Of a stretch of 64,000 nt of DNA, positions 19,766 to 29,587 are shown in pieces. Location: NCBI GenBank assembly GCA_027319565.1, contig DAHVNA010000002.1:39283-103282 (forward strand), written 5' to 3'. Below the pieces are notes generated by a model, which saw only the letters and a program-made list of their open reading frames with translations, made no database searches and was not told the DNA's origin. Position numbers and translations under genes: made by a program. Numbering within the stretch: the stretch's first letter is position 1; each line of letters begins with the position of its first letter. The stretch comes from Elusimicrobiota bacterium. Lineage in GTDB: Bacteria; Elusimicrobiota; Elusimicrobia; UBA1565; UBA9628.

Positions 19766-20805
19766 AAGTTCTGGGAATTGAAACCTCTTGCGATGAAACC
19801 TCGGCCGCGGTGGTCGATCAAAAGCGGGGAATTTTGTCGAATGTCGTAATTTCTCAAATCCCTCTTCATCGCCCTTTTCAAGGCGTCGTTCCCGAGTTAG
19901 CCTCAAGAGCCCATTTCAAAAAAATCGCGCCGGTCATAGAAGAAGCGTGCCTAAAGGCCGGAATTAAACGGCCGGACGCCGTCGCTTTTACCCAAGGTCC
20001 AGGCCTCATGGGATCTCTTCTGGTGGGAAGAGTCGCCGCCGAGACGCTCGGAAGGATTTGGGATTGTCCCGTCATCGGAATTAACCATCTGGAAGGGCAT
20101 ATTTTCGCCGCCGAACTAGAGGGGAAAATTCGTTTTCCGTTATTGGCTCTCATTGTTTCAGGAGGACATACCGATTTAGTTCTAGTTTTTAAGCCCGGCC
20201 AATACCGGGTTTTAGGCCGGACCCGCGATGATGCCGCCGGAGAATGCTACGACAAGGTGGCCAAGATATTGGGACTGGGCTATCCCGGCGGCCCCATCAT
20301 CGACCGACTGGCCAAGACCGGAGACAAGAACTCTATTATTTTTCCGCGTCCCTATCTTGAGGGAACTTTCGATTTTTCTTTTTCGGGGCTTAAGACCGCT
20401 CTTCTCTATCACATCAACAAACGCCTTAAAAGGCCGATGAACGCCAAAATTAAAAGCTTGAAAAAGCCGATTTTAACGCCGGGAGAAATTTCAAACATTT
20501 GCGCCTCATTTCAAGAAGCCGTCTGCGAAACCCTCGTTCATAAGACTCTGGACGCCGCTCAAAAATTTAAAATCCGCCAAATCGTCGTTGGGGGCGGCGT
20601 TTCCGCCAATAGCCGCTTAAGAGAAATGTTTATCGAGAAATGCCAAAATCAACAAATTGCCGTCAGCCTTTCCTCTCTAAAACTCTGCACCGATAATGGC
20701 GCGATGATCGCCCAAGTCGCCATTCATAAACTCTCATCAAAAACTAAAAAACGCGCTTTAACCAATAAAAGCGATCCGGCTCTTCCTTTTAAGAATTGGG
20801 CTTAG
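19762..20805 (+). CDS. tsaD: tRNA N6-adenosine threonylcarbamoyltransferase
   Basis: TTG start at 19762 gives LKVLGIETSCDETSAAVV (the ORF track runs upstream into ctpA). It forms TTGA with the ctpA stop. Kae1/TsaD HxxH-type metal site GINHLEGH. Confidence 0.85.
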   Translation: MKVLGIETSCDETSAAVVDQKRGILSNVVISQIPLHRPFQGVVPELASRAHFKKIAPVIEEACLKAGIKRPDAVAFTQGPGLMGSLLVGRVAAETLGRIWDCPVIGINHLEGHIFAAELEGKIRFPLLALIVSGGHTDLVLVFKPGQYRVLGRTRDDAAGECYDKVAKILGLGYPGGPIIDRLAKTGDKNSIIFPRPYLEGTFDFSFSGLKTALLYHINKRLKRPMNAKIKSLKKPILTPGEISNICASFQEAVCETLVHKTLDAAQKFKIRQIVVGGGVSANSRLREMFIEKCQNQQIAVSLSSLKLCTDNGAMIAQVAIHKLSSKTKKRALTNKSDPALPFKNWA

Positions 20806-20827
20806 GGCTCGCTACGAACGAAGGGCG

Positions 20828-21934
20828 TCAGAAATGGACTAATTTTTTGAGCCGGGGCATAGGCTCCATTCCCAAGCCGGATTGGACTTTCGAGAGATCA
20901 TAAAGACCTTTGCGTCCGATAGACGGCCCTTTCCAGAGTTTTTGAGAAAACCACAGCGGGGTGTCCAAATCCACAAAACTAAAATCTCCCCGGCCGCAGG
21001 CAAAATGGGCGGAGGTGGTCATCGCCAAGGCGGTCTCAATATTTCCGCCAATCATCAAAATCTTTCCTTTCTTTCGAGCCAAATCCGCGATTTTAATATT
21101 CTCGATGATTCCGCATTTCATGAGCTTGATATTGACGGCGGAAGGAAAAGGGCGGCGAAACAAATTCTGAACGGCTTTAAAGCTATAGGCGGATTCATCC
21201 GCGCAGACGGAAACCCCGCCGTATTTTTCGACGTCAAAAAGGCCGTCCAAATCTTCTCTTTTGACCGGCTGCTCGAAAAGAGCCGGCAAAATCCCGCGCT
21301 TTTTTAAGCGCATAAGAAAATCAAGGGCCTTTTTTGCGGAATAGCCCTGATTGGCATCGATAATGAGTCTCGCCTTCGGCGCCTCCACAAGAACCGCCAA
21401 GACCCGCTTTTCATCCTCATCTAAATCGCATCCCACCTTGATTTTAATTGTCTGAACCCCCAAGCGCGCGATTTTCCGCGCCGCCAGGCGAGATTTCTCC
21501 GGCGAAATCAAGGTCACCGTCACATCCGAAAAAACGCTTTTTTTCGCGTCGCCTAAAAAAGACCTTAAAGGGATTTTTTTAAACCGAGTCCAGGCATCCA
21601 AGATCGCCATCTGAATGGCCGCTCGCGCGGCCCCGCGCTCCGGCGGCATTCGCGAATCGAGTTTTTTTAAAAAAGCTCCGACATCGGCGATCTCTTTTCC
21701 CTCCAAGAATGAAATTTGTTCCGACAGCGCAAGGTAAGTCAAATCTTGACTGTCTCCGTTAAAGGTCGTAGAGGGAGCCCCTTCGCCGTATCCGACAGTT
21801 CCGTCTTTAAGACGCACGCGAACTAAGACGTTACTGGTCGCGCTTTGAGATCCCGAGGAAATGGGAAACGGCTCGTTTAAGGGTTCATTGAGTCGCGCGA
21901 TTGAAACTTGAGAGAGGACGGGGAAATCTCTCAT
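20828..21934 (-). CDS. Enolase-superfamily MR/MLE enzyme (dipeptide epimerase-like)
   Basis: KIKVG, IDANQGYS and FEQP metal-ligand motifs typical of muconate-lactonising enzyme and L-Ala-D/L-Glu epimerase. Confidence 0.7.
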   Translation of the reverse strand: MRDFPVLSQVSIARLNEPLNEPFPISSGSQSATSNVLVRVRLKDGTVGYGEGAPSTTFNGDSQDLTYLALSEQISFLEGKEIADVGAFLKKLDSRMPPERGAARAAIQMAILDAWTRFKKIPLRSFLGDAKKSVFSDVTVTLISPEKSRLAARKIARLGVQTIKIKVGCDLDEDEKRVLAVLVEAPKARLIIDANQGYSAKKALDFLMRLKKRGILPALFEQPVKREDLDGLFDVEKYGGVSVCADESAYSFKAVQNLFRRPFPSAVNIKLMKCGIIENIKIADLARKKGKILMIGGNIETALAMTTSAHFACGRGDFSFVDLDTPLWFSQKLWKGPSIGRKGLYDLSKVQSGLGMEPMPRLKKLVHF

Positions 21935-22830
21935 TGGGGAATCAATAGAATCTGCGCCAATTCGCCCAATCTCTCGCTATTTAAATTAAGACCTGCGTTT
22001 TGGTAAACCGCCATTAAATTGCGCAAAAGCCGCATTAAAATATGCGAATGAGAGACCGGTCTTAAAACGCTGGGATCATAACTAAACCCATTTTGGGCCA
22101 AACGCTTGCGCATCCCAGCGACGTCGAGTGTTTTATTTAAAATCGGGTCCCAAAACAAAGACGGACGCCCGAGTCCGACGATAAAATGGCCTGGAAGCCC
22201 AATTCCGAAAGCCGGAATCTTAAGCCGACGCGCCAATATCAAAAAAAGAATGGACAAGCTGAGAGGCGTTCCCCGCCGCATTTCAATGACCCGATTTAAA
22301 TAATTATTGTCCGGATCGTAATAGTTTTCCTCATTGACGCGAAAACCCATGGCATTGGAGAGAAACGAGTGGAGGCGCTTAAAGGCCGTCATCGAATTTT
22401 CAGACGAGGAGATATCGCTTCTAATTTTACCGGCGACATGGTCCAGCCATTTGCGATAGACCTTTTCATCAAGAAGCGGATAGGCAAAGCGCGCGATCAA
22501 AAAAGCCCCCTTTTCCAAATCTCTCTTGGCCTCGCTTAAACGCGCGAACTCCTCAAATTCCTTTTTAATCTCTCCAAAGACAATGTCCGAGATAAGCCCT
22601 TTGGCCTTTTCAAAAAGCGCGGGATGCGTTCGCTCCAAACCCATTAAATAAGGGAGAATCGGCGCTCCAATTTTAAGGATATGGTCTCGCACCAAGAGGG
22701 CGCTGTTGGGGTCCTCGTCTTCAAGAAGCAAGACTAGACTTCTCAAATTGCGCTCTTTTCCGGTTCTTCCCGCGCGCGCCTTTGTTTTCTCCATACTGGA
22801 TATTGTATCCCCTGCTACTGACTTTTTCAA
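21931..22830 (-). CDS. Transglutaminase-like/TPR protein (SirB1/UPF0162-like)
   Basis: RRGTPLSLSILFLILARRLKIPAFGIGLPGHFIV resembles the SirB1-family core. Low certainty. Confidence 0.4.
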   Translation of the reverse strand: MKKSVAGDTISSMEKTKARAGRTGKERNLRSLVLLLEDEDPNSALLVRDHILKIGAPILPYLMGLERTHPALFEKAKGLISDIVFGEIKKEFEEFARLSEAKRDLEKGAFLIARFAYPLLDEKVYRKWLDHVAGKIRSDISSSENSMTAFKRLHSFLSNAMGFRVNEENYYDPDNNYLNRVIEMRRGTPLSLSILFLILARRLKIPAFGIGLPGHFIVGLGRPSLFWDPILNKTLDVAGMRKRLAQNGFSYDPSVLRPVSHSHILMRLLRNLMAVYQNAGLNLNSERLGELAQILLIPQ

Positions 22831-24479
22831 TATGCGATGTTTCCTACAATCTTTGCCGCCTCAATAGAGCCAGAAGCGGCAAGAAGGTTGGATAAAATCT
22901 TGCGCCCCTCCGGGTCATGAGTCAAATCATAAACGAAAATGGAGTTCCCCGCGGTAAAAGCGGGCGTTCGCTTTTTAAGCCAGGAAAATACATTCTTATC
23001 TGCGAAATAGACCGCCTCAAGATTTGTTTCTGAAATGGCAAAAAAAAGCGGCCCGGATTTTTCCGGAAGGACGGTCCCGTCGCGACGATCGACATTGGAA
23101 TAAAACGCCAGAGGAAAATAGCGAATTCCTTCATATGAGGGATCCGCCACTCCGAAATAAGAAAGAATAATCGGAGGGTTTCCGCGCTTTTTGAGTTCGC
23201 GGCCCAAGTCTTTCAAGCCTTGCCCCCAATCCAAATTCGAATCGGCCAGAAGATGATAACCGCCGCTAGGCCCGCCGGTCAACTCGTTAAAATAAACAAG
23301 ATAATGAGGGTAGGCCCGGATCACGCTTAGGGACGTCCAAAGCGCCCCCACCGCGAGAGTGGCGGCAAACACCCCTTGGGAAAGACGAAGTTTTAAAGCG
23401 GCGACAGAACGCGCCCCCAAAATAATCAAAAAAGGATAAATGGGGAGAATATGGCGATAGCCGATATCCGTTTTAGAAATCAGGGCCGCGATAAAATAAG
23501 CCGTCGGGGGCATCAAGAGCCAAATCTCCCGCTCGGACGGTTTTCTTAATGCCAGATAAATCCCCAGCGCGGCGAAAAGAAGGAGAGGAATCGGGGTTTT
23601 AACTGCAAGAGCGACCGGAAAAAAATCCCAGAAGCCATTTTGGCTATAGCGGCCCCATAAAAAAGACGGGCGGCCTTGATTGAGCCTTGTCAGCGTTTTA
23701 AGAAGCCCGCCCCAATAGAGGGAAAAGCCGCTCAAGCGATAGGAAAACGCAAGAATGAGAGCCGCTAAAAAGACAAAAACGAGAATTTGAGAAATTTTTG
23801 GCCGACGCTTGGGAGAGACCCGCGCCTCGGTTAAAAGAGCGCTGACAATGACAATGGGAAGAATAATCATGCTAAATTTCGAAGCCAAAGCCCCGCCAAG
23901 GCAAACCCCGGACAAGGCCCAATCCCTCCAAATGCGATTAGGACGGGCAAGAAAAAAACAGGTCAAAAAATAAAAGACGGCGGGCAGCGCATCAGTAGTG
24001 GCCAGGGCGAAATTGGAAAAAATCGGCGGACAAAAGGCGAGAAAAAAAGAGGCCGCAAGAAAAGCCGCCTCCCGGCCCAAACTCCAAGACCAGGCTAACG
24101 CCGCGGGAAACAAAATTAAAAGAAGGCTGATTAAATTCCAGGTTCGGGCGGAATTAAGCAAACGGGAAGCCTCAACCCGATTTTTATAGATAAATTGATC
24201 CGAAAAATTATAAAGCCTCCCAAAATCAGGATTTAAGGTCATGGTCGAAGGATTTAAGAGAAGAAGAGGCAAGGCCCCCCACATTTCCGCCAAGGGCGGA
24301 TGATCGCGCCAGTTCAGCGGCGGCAGCTGGGTTTTAAGCGCGAGATATCCGCTCGCCAAATGGACCGGCTCGTCATATGTCGCCGAGGAATCTTCAATCT
24401 GGGAAATTCCAAAAAATACCGCCGTAAAAAACGCGGATACGGCCGCCAACCCCAGCCCTACGATTTTAGCCTTCGACAC
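22827..24479 (-). CDS. GT-C membrane glycosyltransferase, ArnT/PMT (GT39/GT83)-like
   Basis: 550 aa with 10 or more TM helices and a DEPVHLASGY first-loop Asp-Glu motif. The C-terminal soluble domain is predicted periplasmic. Confidence 0.7.
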   Translation of the reverse strand: MSKAKIVGLGLAAVSAFFTAVFFGISQIEDSSATYDEPVHLASGYLALKTQLPPLNWRDHPPLAEMWGALPLLLLNPSTMTLNPDFGRLYNFSDQFIYKNRVEASRLLNSARTWNLISLLLILFPAALAWSWSLGREAAFLAASFFLAFCPPIFSNFALATTDALPAVFYFLTCFFLARPNRIWRDWALSGVCLGGALASKFSMIILPIVIVSALLTEARVSPKRRPKISQILVFVFLAALILAFSYRLSGFSLYWGGLLKTLTRLNQGRPSFLWGRYSQNGFWDFFPVALAVKTPIPLLLFAALGIYLALRKPSEREIWLLMPPTAYFIAALISKTDIGYRHILPIYPFLIILGARSVAALKLRLSQGVFAATLAVGALWTSLSVIRAYPHYLVYFNELTGGPSGGYHLLADSNLDWGQGLKDLGRELKKRGNPPIILSYFGVADPSYEGIRYFPLAFYSNVDRRDGTVLPEKSGPLFFAISETNLEAVYFADKNVFSWLKKRTPAFTAGNSIFVYDLTHDPEGRKILSNLLAASGSIEAAKIVGNIAY

Positions 24480-24520
24480 GGCTTATTCTATAACTTAAGG
24501 AATCTTTTCGTCTTTACATA

Positions 24521-25168
24521 TTGGGACTGGAAAATTTAACAAGCGCCTGTTATACTACGGATAGGTCTATGAGCGAAGTCCTTGTTCTCAATCGTAGCTT
24601 TTGCGCCGTCGAGGTCTCCTCTTGGCAGAGGGCCTTGTCTCTCCTTTATTTAGGAAGAGCCTCGGTGGTCGGAGAAGACTATCAAACCCACAATTTTAAA
24701 GACTGGTTGGAACTTTCCCGAGTCATTAAAAAAAACCCCGCGGGCTTTGTCAGCACCCCTTCCTTTAAAATCGCCATTCCGGAAGTCATCGCCCTTAACT
24801 TTTTTGACAAAGTGCCCCTCAGGGAAATTCCCTTTACCCGGCGCAATATTTATCTCCATTACAAGCATCGCTGTTGCTACTGCGGGAAAAAATTTGCCCT
24901 CAATCAACTTAACCTCGATCATGTCATTCCCAAATCCCGCGGCGGAAAAACTGATTGGTCTAATATCGTCACTTCCTGCGTGCCTTGCAATTTGAAAAAG
25001 GGAAATCGCCTTCCCAGGGAAGCGGGAATGCGACTACTGATTCCCATCTCCCGCCCAAAAATGAAGCGGGGCTCTATCGTCTTTATGCGCGCTCCAGCGC
25101 AGTTGCGCAGGTCCTGGCAGCGATTTATTGACAACGCTTATTGGGACGCGCCCCTTGAAAACGAATGA
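24521..25168 (+). CDS. HNH endonuclease
   Basis: HNH motif CCYCGKKF...LDHVIPKSRGGKTDWSNIVTSCVPCNLKKGN. The likely real start is MSEVLVLN at ~24569. Confidence 0.85.
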   Translation: MGLENLTSACYTTDRSMSEVLVLNRSFCAVEVSSWQRALSLLYLGRASVVGEDYQTHNFKDWLELSRVIKKNPAGFVSTPSFKIAIPEVIALNFFDKVPLREIPFTRRNIYLHYKHRCCYCGKKFALNQLNLDHVIPKSRGGKTDWSNIVTSCVPCNLKKGNRLPREAGMRLLIPISRPKMKRGSIVFMRAPAQLRRSWQRFIDNAYWDAPLENE

Positions 25169-26124
25169 TCTCTCTTCCCTTTGATGTTCCTTGGCCGCTT
25201 TCTGTTCCTTCTTCTCGAACCGCGGATAAAGACCGCTTCGAAAGTCTTTATGGCGAGGTTAAGGATTTCTCCCGGCGCTGGGAAAGATCTAATCAACTCG
25301 GAAAACTTCTGAGCAAACCACTTCCTCTCAACGATTCATTTGAGTTCGGAATTTTGGGAGATTCCGAGCCCGGAAGATTTTGGATATTTAGAAAACTTTT
25401 CAGCGAGCCGGAGGTATTTACCAAACATCTTCATGCGCTTAGAAATCTCCCGCTTGATTTTATGTTTCAACTGGGAGATATGGTCAGCCGCGGGACTCTT
25501 GAAAATTACCGGAATTTTTTTCAGACCCTCTCAAGCGCGCCTCCGCTAATCCCTTATTTAACGGTCATTGGAAATCACGACCGCTCAAGACCCAACGGAA
25601 AATCTCACTCAAAACTCTACCGCTCCTTCTTCGGCTCAAAAACCAACTATTTCTTCGATCGCGGCCCGGCCCGTTTAATCGTTTTAGATTCCAGCCGCGC
25701 CAAAATCACCCGGGCACAACTGCGCTGGCTCAATTTAGCTCTCAAAACTCCCCTCAAAAAAATCGTCTTGACCCATATGCCCCCCATGAGCCTGCGATTT
25801 TGGAACGACATTCCCATTTCCTGCCGGGGCGGATTTAAAAAAGGCTCTTCTGAATTTATCGAAATGATGGCCCGGCATAAAGTCGACCGGGTATATACCG
25901 GTCACATACACGCCTTTGCGGTCTGCGATTTTAAAGGGGTGCGCTACGTCTTGACCGGCGGGGGAGGATCCCCGCTATTTCCCTCCGGAGTGGCGGATAA
26001 GTTTTATCACTCGCTGACAGTTTCAATTTCCCCTTGCGGAATCAAAGACAAGGTTCGCCTCCTCAGCGGAGACAATTTCCATATCCCCGAGGGAAAAGTC
26101 TTTTTAAATAAATTTCAAATCTAA
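25165..26124 (+). CDS. Calcineurin-like metallophosphoesterase
   Basis: GDSEPG, GDMVSRG, GNHD, THMPP and GHIH metal-ligand motifs. The start overlaps the HNH stop as ATGA. Confidence 0.8.
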   Translation: MISLPFDVPWPLSVPSSRTADKDRFESLYGEVKDFSRRWERSNQLGKLLSKPLPLNDSFEFGILGDSEPGRFWIFRKLFSEPEVFTKHLHALRNLPLDFMFQLGDMVSRGTLENYRNFFQTLSSAPPLIPYLTVIGNHDRSRPNGKSHSKLYRSFFGSKTNYFFDRGPARLIVLDSSRAKITRAQLRWLNLALKTPLKKIVLTHMPPMSLRFWNDIPISCRGGFKKGSSEFIEMMARHKVDRVYTGHIHAFAVCDFKGVRYVLTGGGGSPLFPSGVADKFYHSLTVSISPCGIKDKVRLLSGDNFHIPEGKVFLNKFQI

Positions 26125-26534
26125 GGCTGGTACTCGGCGTAGGAGTTTTGGGTTTCCCACAATTTCACCGAGCGAACGTCCAGATCTTGTTTTTTCGCGT
26201 AATCGAAAATATATTTGGCGATGTTTTCCGCCGTCGGGTTGGAAGGGAAAAGCACCACTGGATCTCCCATCTTCTGAAGAACCGGAACCAAAGGGTCTTT
26301 TGCGTTTAAAATCATCTTATGATCCAGTTCCGCATCCACCCACGCTTGAATCTTTTTTTTAATCTCGTCAAAATCAATCACCATCCCCAAGGAATCCAAA
26401 ACAGAGGATGAAATCGTGATTTCTAAAACGCCATTATGCCCATGGGGATGGCGACATTTGCCCGCGTATTCGAGAAGGCGATGCCCGTAACAGAAATGAA
26501 TGACCCGGGTGACTTGATATTGTTTCGGATTCAT
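26121..26534 (-). CDS. queD: 6-carboxy-tetrahydropterin synthase / 6-pyruvoyl-tetrahydropterin synthase
   Basis: 137 aa with the CYGHRL...CRHPHGHNG (Cx3HGH) signature. Confidence 0.8.
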   Translation of the reverse strand: MNPKQYQVTRVIHFCYGHRLLEYAGKCRHPHGHNGVLEITISSSVLDSLGMVIDFDEIKKKIQAWVDAELDHKMILNAKDPLVPVLQKMGDPVVLFPSNPTAENIAKYIFDYAKKQDLDVRSVKLWETQNSYAEYQP

Positions 26535-27262
26535 GCGATTAATCTCCCTCCATCAACCGGAATCTGCGCGCCGGTCATGAAAGATCCGGATTTGATTAAA
26601 AAAGCGACGGCTTGAACTATATCTTGCGGCGAGCCGATTCTTTTGAGAGGAGTCGCCTCAATTACCGAGCGCTTAAACTTCGGCGATGACTTTTCCGGAA
26701 GCAAAACCGGCCCCGGCAATATCGCGTTGACCCTGATTTTTGGAGCCAAGGCCTTGGCCAAGACGGTATTAAGACACAAGAGCCCGGCCTTAGAAACGCA
26801 ATAGGGGATAAAATCGGGATAGGGCCGAATGCCGGCCCAATCGGCGATATTGATTATTTGTCCCCCATTTTTCATCCACGGAACGATTTCTTGGGCCAGG
26901 AAAAAAGGCGCTCGCAAATTGGCGTTTAAGTGGCGATCCCAATCCTTGAGACTTGTTTTCCCAAATTGATTTTTTTCATAGATAGAAGCGTTGTTAATCA
27001 GAACGTCGATTTTCTTGAAATAATTTCCCGCCAGCCAAACGGCTTTTTTAATTTGGAGAGGATTCTCTAAATTAGCTTGAATCGCCTTCGCCTGCCCCGG
27101 ATGAATGCGATTGATTTGAGACGCCAGCTCCAAGGCTTCTTTTTTCGAGCGGTGGTAATGAAGAGCGATTTTCATCCCTTGATGGGATAAAAAAAGCGCA
27201 ATCTCGCGTCCAATACGCTTAGACGCGCCCGTCACGAAAGCGACCTTGCCGGAAAGGTTCAT
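26531..27262 (-). CDS. SDR-family oxidoreductase (pteridine/sepiapterin reductase-like)
   Basis: VAFVTGASKRIGREIAL Rossmann motif and a YxxxK active-site region (YCVSK). Confidence 0.75.
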   Translation of the reverse strand: MNLSGKVAFVTGASKRIGREIALFLSHQGMKIALHYHRSKKEALELASQINRIHPGQAKAIQANLENPLQIKKAVWLAGNYFKKIDVLINNASIYEKNQFGKTSLKDWDRHLNANLRAPFFLAQEIVPWMKNGGQIINIADWAGIRPYPDFIPYCVSKAGLLCLNTVLAKALAPKIRVNAILPGPVLLPEKSSPKFKRSVIEATPLKRIGSPQDIVQAVAFLIKSGSFMTGAQIPVDGGRLIA

Positions 27263-28029
27263 GCCTTATTTTCGCTTTTTTTAAGATAAATCAGAAATTC
27301 CCGATTTCCCTTGGCTCCCGAAATCGGCGATTCGATCATCCCACATTCTTTAAGACCCACCGAGGGTAAAAAGTTCCGGATTTTTGATATCGCGATCTGA
27401 CGCGCCTCTTCCGTCCGAACGATTCCCTTGGGCGCCAGCTTCGGCCCTACTTCAAACTGCGGCTTAATCAAGGCGACGATCTCCGAAGGTTCTTCCAAAC
27501 AGTCGGAAACGGGTTTTAGGACCTGGGTTAATGAAATAAAGGATACATCAATGACCGCCAAGGATGGCCGCGGGGAAAATTCCCCGGGATTTAAAAAACG
27601 GGCGTTGATTTTCTCGTAAACGACCACCCTTAAATCGTCCATGATTTTTTGGGCGATCTGTCCATGTCCGACATCGAGAGCGTAAACCTTTTTCGCGCCT
27701 CTTTGAAGCAGGCAATCGGTAAAACCGCCGGTGGAGGCTCCGACGTCCAGGGCAATTTTTCCGGCGACATCGATATGAAAAGCCTGTAGGGCCGCCTCAA
27801 GCTTAAAGCCCCCGCGAGAGACGTAGGGACAGGGAAGAGAAATTTCTATCAAGGCTGATTTTAAAACCAGGGTCCCCGCCTTGGTGATTACCGCGTCATC
27901 AACGCGAACCTGCCCCGCCATCACGGCGGCCAAGGCTTTTGACCGGGTTTCAAAAAAACCGCGCTCAACTAACAGAACATCCAACCTTTCTTTTTTAATT
28001 CGCTTCGGACTCTCCACATCATATATCAT
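27259..28029 (-). CDS. tlyA: TlyA-family rRNA 2'-O-methyltransferase (S4 + FtsJ-like domains)
   Basis: N-terminal S4 RNA-binding motif RLDVLLVERGF and SAM-binding motif LDVGASTGGFT. Confidence 0.85.
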   Translation of the reverse strand: MIYDVESPKRIKKERLDVLLVERGFFETRSKALAAVMAGQVRVDDAVITKAGTLVLKSALIEISLPCPYVSRGGFKLEAALQAFHIDVAGKIALDVGASTGGFTDCLLQRGAKKVYALDVGHGQIAQKIMDDLRVVVYEKINARFLNPGEFSPRPSLAVIDVSFISLTQVLKPVSDCLEEPSEIVALIKPQFEVGPKLAPKGIVRTEEARQIAISKIRNFLPSVGLKECGMIESPISGAKGNREFLIYLKKSENKA

Positions 28030-28035
28030 AGAAGA

Positions 28036-28923
28036 ATGTCGGAGACTTTTGATTGCCGCTCAATCGCGGAGAAATTCAAAGGGTGGGCCCAAGGGGAACT
28101 GACTCGCCTGCCTCAAATCCCGACTCTGGCCACAGTTCTCTTTAAACCCCGCGCGCAAGAAGCTTCTATTCAATACCGCGATTTAGTTCTCAAAGACGCC
28201 GCCCGGCTGGGATTTAACGCGAAAAAATTTGAACCGGCCTCTGAAAGCGAGCTTTGGTCTTTGATTGGAAAACTGAATCTAAATTCATCTATCTCCGGAA
28301 TTCTCATCTTTTATCCGATTCATGGATCCATGCCGGATGAGGACTTAATGGATTTAGTCAGCCCTCTTAAAGACGTCGAAGGTCTTCATTCCCTCAATCT
28401 TGGGTATCTGATCAAATACAAAAAATTTTTAGACGCGGGCCAAATGACCAAATGCGTCGTTCCCGCGACCGCGAAAGCCGTCGTCAAAACCCTTCAAGAA
28501 CACGGGGTTCCAATCGCGGGCTCTTTTGTCTCGATCGTCAATAATTCGATGCGGGTGGGAAAACCCCTGGGGCTCATGCTGGAAAATTTGGGCGCGACGG
28601 TCGTCAAATGCCACGATAAAACCCAAAAAACTGATTTGGAGGAATGCGTCCGGCGCGCGGATATTTTAGTGACGGCGGTCCCCAACCCCGATTTTTCAAT
28701 TGACCCGCGATGGATTAAGAAAGGCTGTTCGGTTGTCGATGTCTCTTATCAAGGAAATATCGACGTTGTAAATGCCCGGGAATTTTCAAAAATCATCACC
28801 TCTCCGGACAACCGAATCGGACAGGTGACCCGCGCGCTTTTATTCGTCAACCTGATTTACTGCGCGAAGGCCCTTAATAATTCCGCTTCGGCTACTCCAA
28901 TCCTAAAGACACTGGCTCCTTAA
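28036..28923 (+). CDS. folD: Divergent bifunctional methylene-THF dehydrogenase/cyclohydrolase
   Basis: Aligns by eye to FolD over the NAD(P)-binding half (VSIVNNSMRVGKPLGLMLENLGATVVKCH...ADILVTAVPNP...IKKGCSVVDV), and the N-terminal catalytic half is similar in order. Divergent, so uncertain. Confidence 0.6.
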   Translation: MSETFDCRSIAEKFKGWAQGELTRLPQIPTLATVLFKPRAQEASIQYRDLVLKDAARLGFNAKKFEPASESELWSLIGKLNLNSSISGILIFYPIHGSMPDEDLMDLVSPLKDVEGLHSLNLGYLIKYKKFLDAGQMTKCVVPATAKAVVKTLQEHGVPIAGSFVSIVNNSMRVGKPLGLMLENLGATVVKCHDKTQKTDLEECVRRADILVTAVPNPDFSIDPRWIKKGCSVVDVSYQGNIDVVNAREFSKIITSPDNRIGQVTRALLFVNLIYCAKALNNSASATPILKTLAP

Positions 28924-29456
28924 TCTTCGTCGGGGAGGGTCTCGCTACGCACTCGCGCCCAAGCTTTCTGGGCTTGAGGGGTCAAAGACTTCATGTTTTG
29001 GAGAAAGAGAGACACTTTCCAAATTTGTTCCGAAGTCAAGGTGTGGGCGAAAGAGGGCATCCCGGTCATGCGAATTCCGTGGAAGACCTTCCAAAAGGTA
29101 TGCCCCGGCGGATCGTCTTCAACGCCATCTTTGGCCAGCTGCGGGGGTCTCTGATAAAGACCGAGAGCGATATGAGAGGGTTGTCCGTCGGAAGCCCCGT
29201 GGCAGACCGCGCAGTTTTGAGCATAGATCTCAATTCCCTCAATCAAATTTTTATCATTGAGCGTTTCCGGGTTTGGGGTCTTGGGCGCTTGGCGGTTAAT
29301 GACGGCGCGCAAAGCGGTTTTGGCGATGGTTTTTTCAAGCCAAGAGGGCTTGGCATCGGCGTTGGCCGGAGCGTATCCCAATTTAATGACAAGAGCGGCG
29401 ACGATGACGCCGCCGACAATCAGACTTAAAGCTCCCAGAATCATTCCTTTAATCAT
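28920..29456 (-). CDS. Membrane-anchored mono-haem cytochrome c
   Basis: N-terminal TM helix and a single CAVCHG (CxxCH) haem-binding motif. Confidence 0.7.
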   Translation of the reverse strand: MIKGMILGALSLIVGGVIVAALVIKLGYAPANADAKPSWLEKTIAKTALRAVINRQAPKTPNPETLNDKNLIEGIEIYAQNCAVCHGASDGQPSHIALGLYQRPPQLAKDGVEDDPPGHTFWKVFHGIRMTGMPSFAHTLTSEQIWKVSLFLQNMKSLTPQAQKAWARVRSETLPDED

Positions 29457-29587
29457 ATGAATCTCCTTTTTCTCATTTCCGGCGCGACGCTTTTATTGTG
29501 GCATAAAGCGAGAGTTTTTTCAAAACTCCCGCCCCGTGGTGCGGCGCGCGATGGATTAAAATATAAAGAAACGTTGGAATCACTCCA

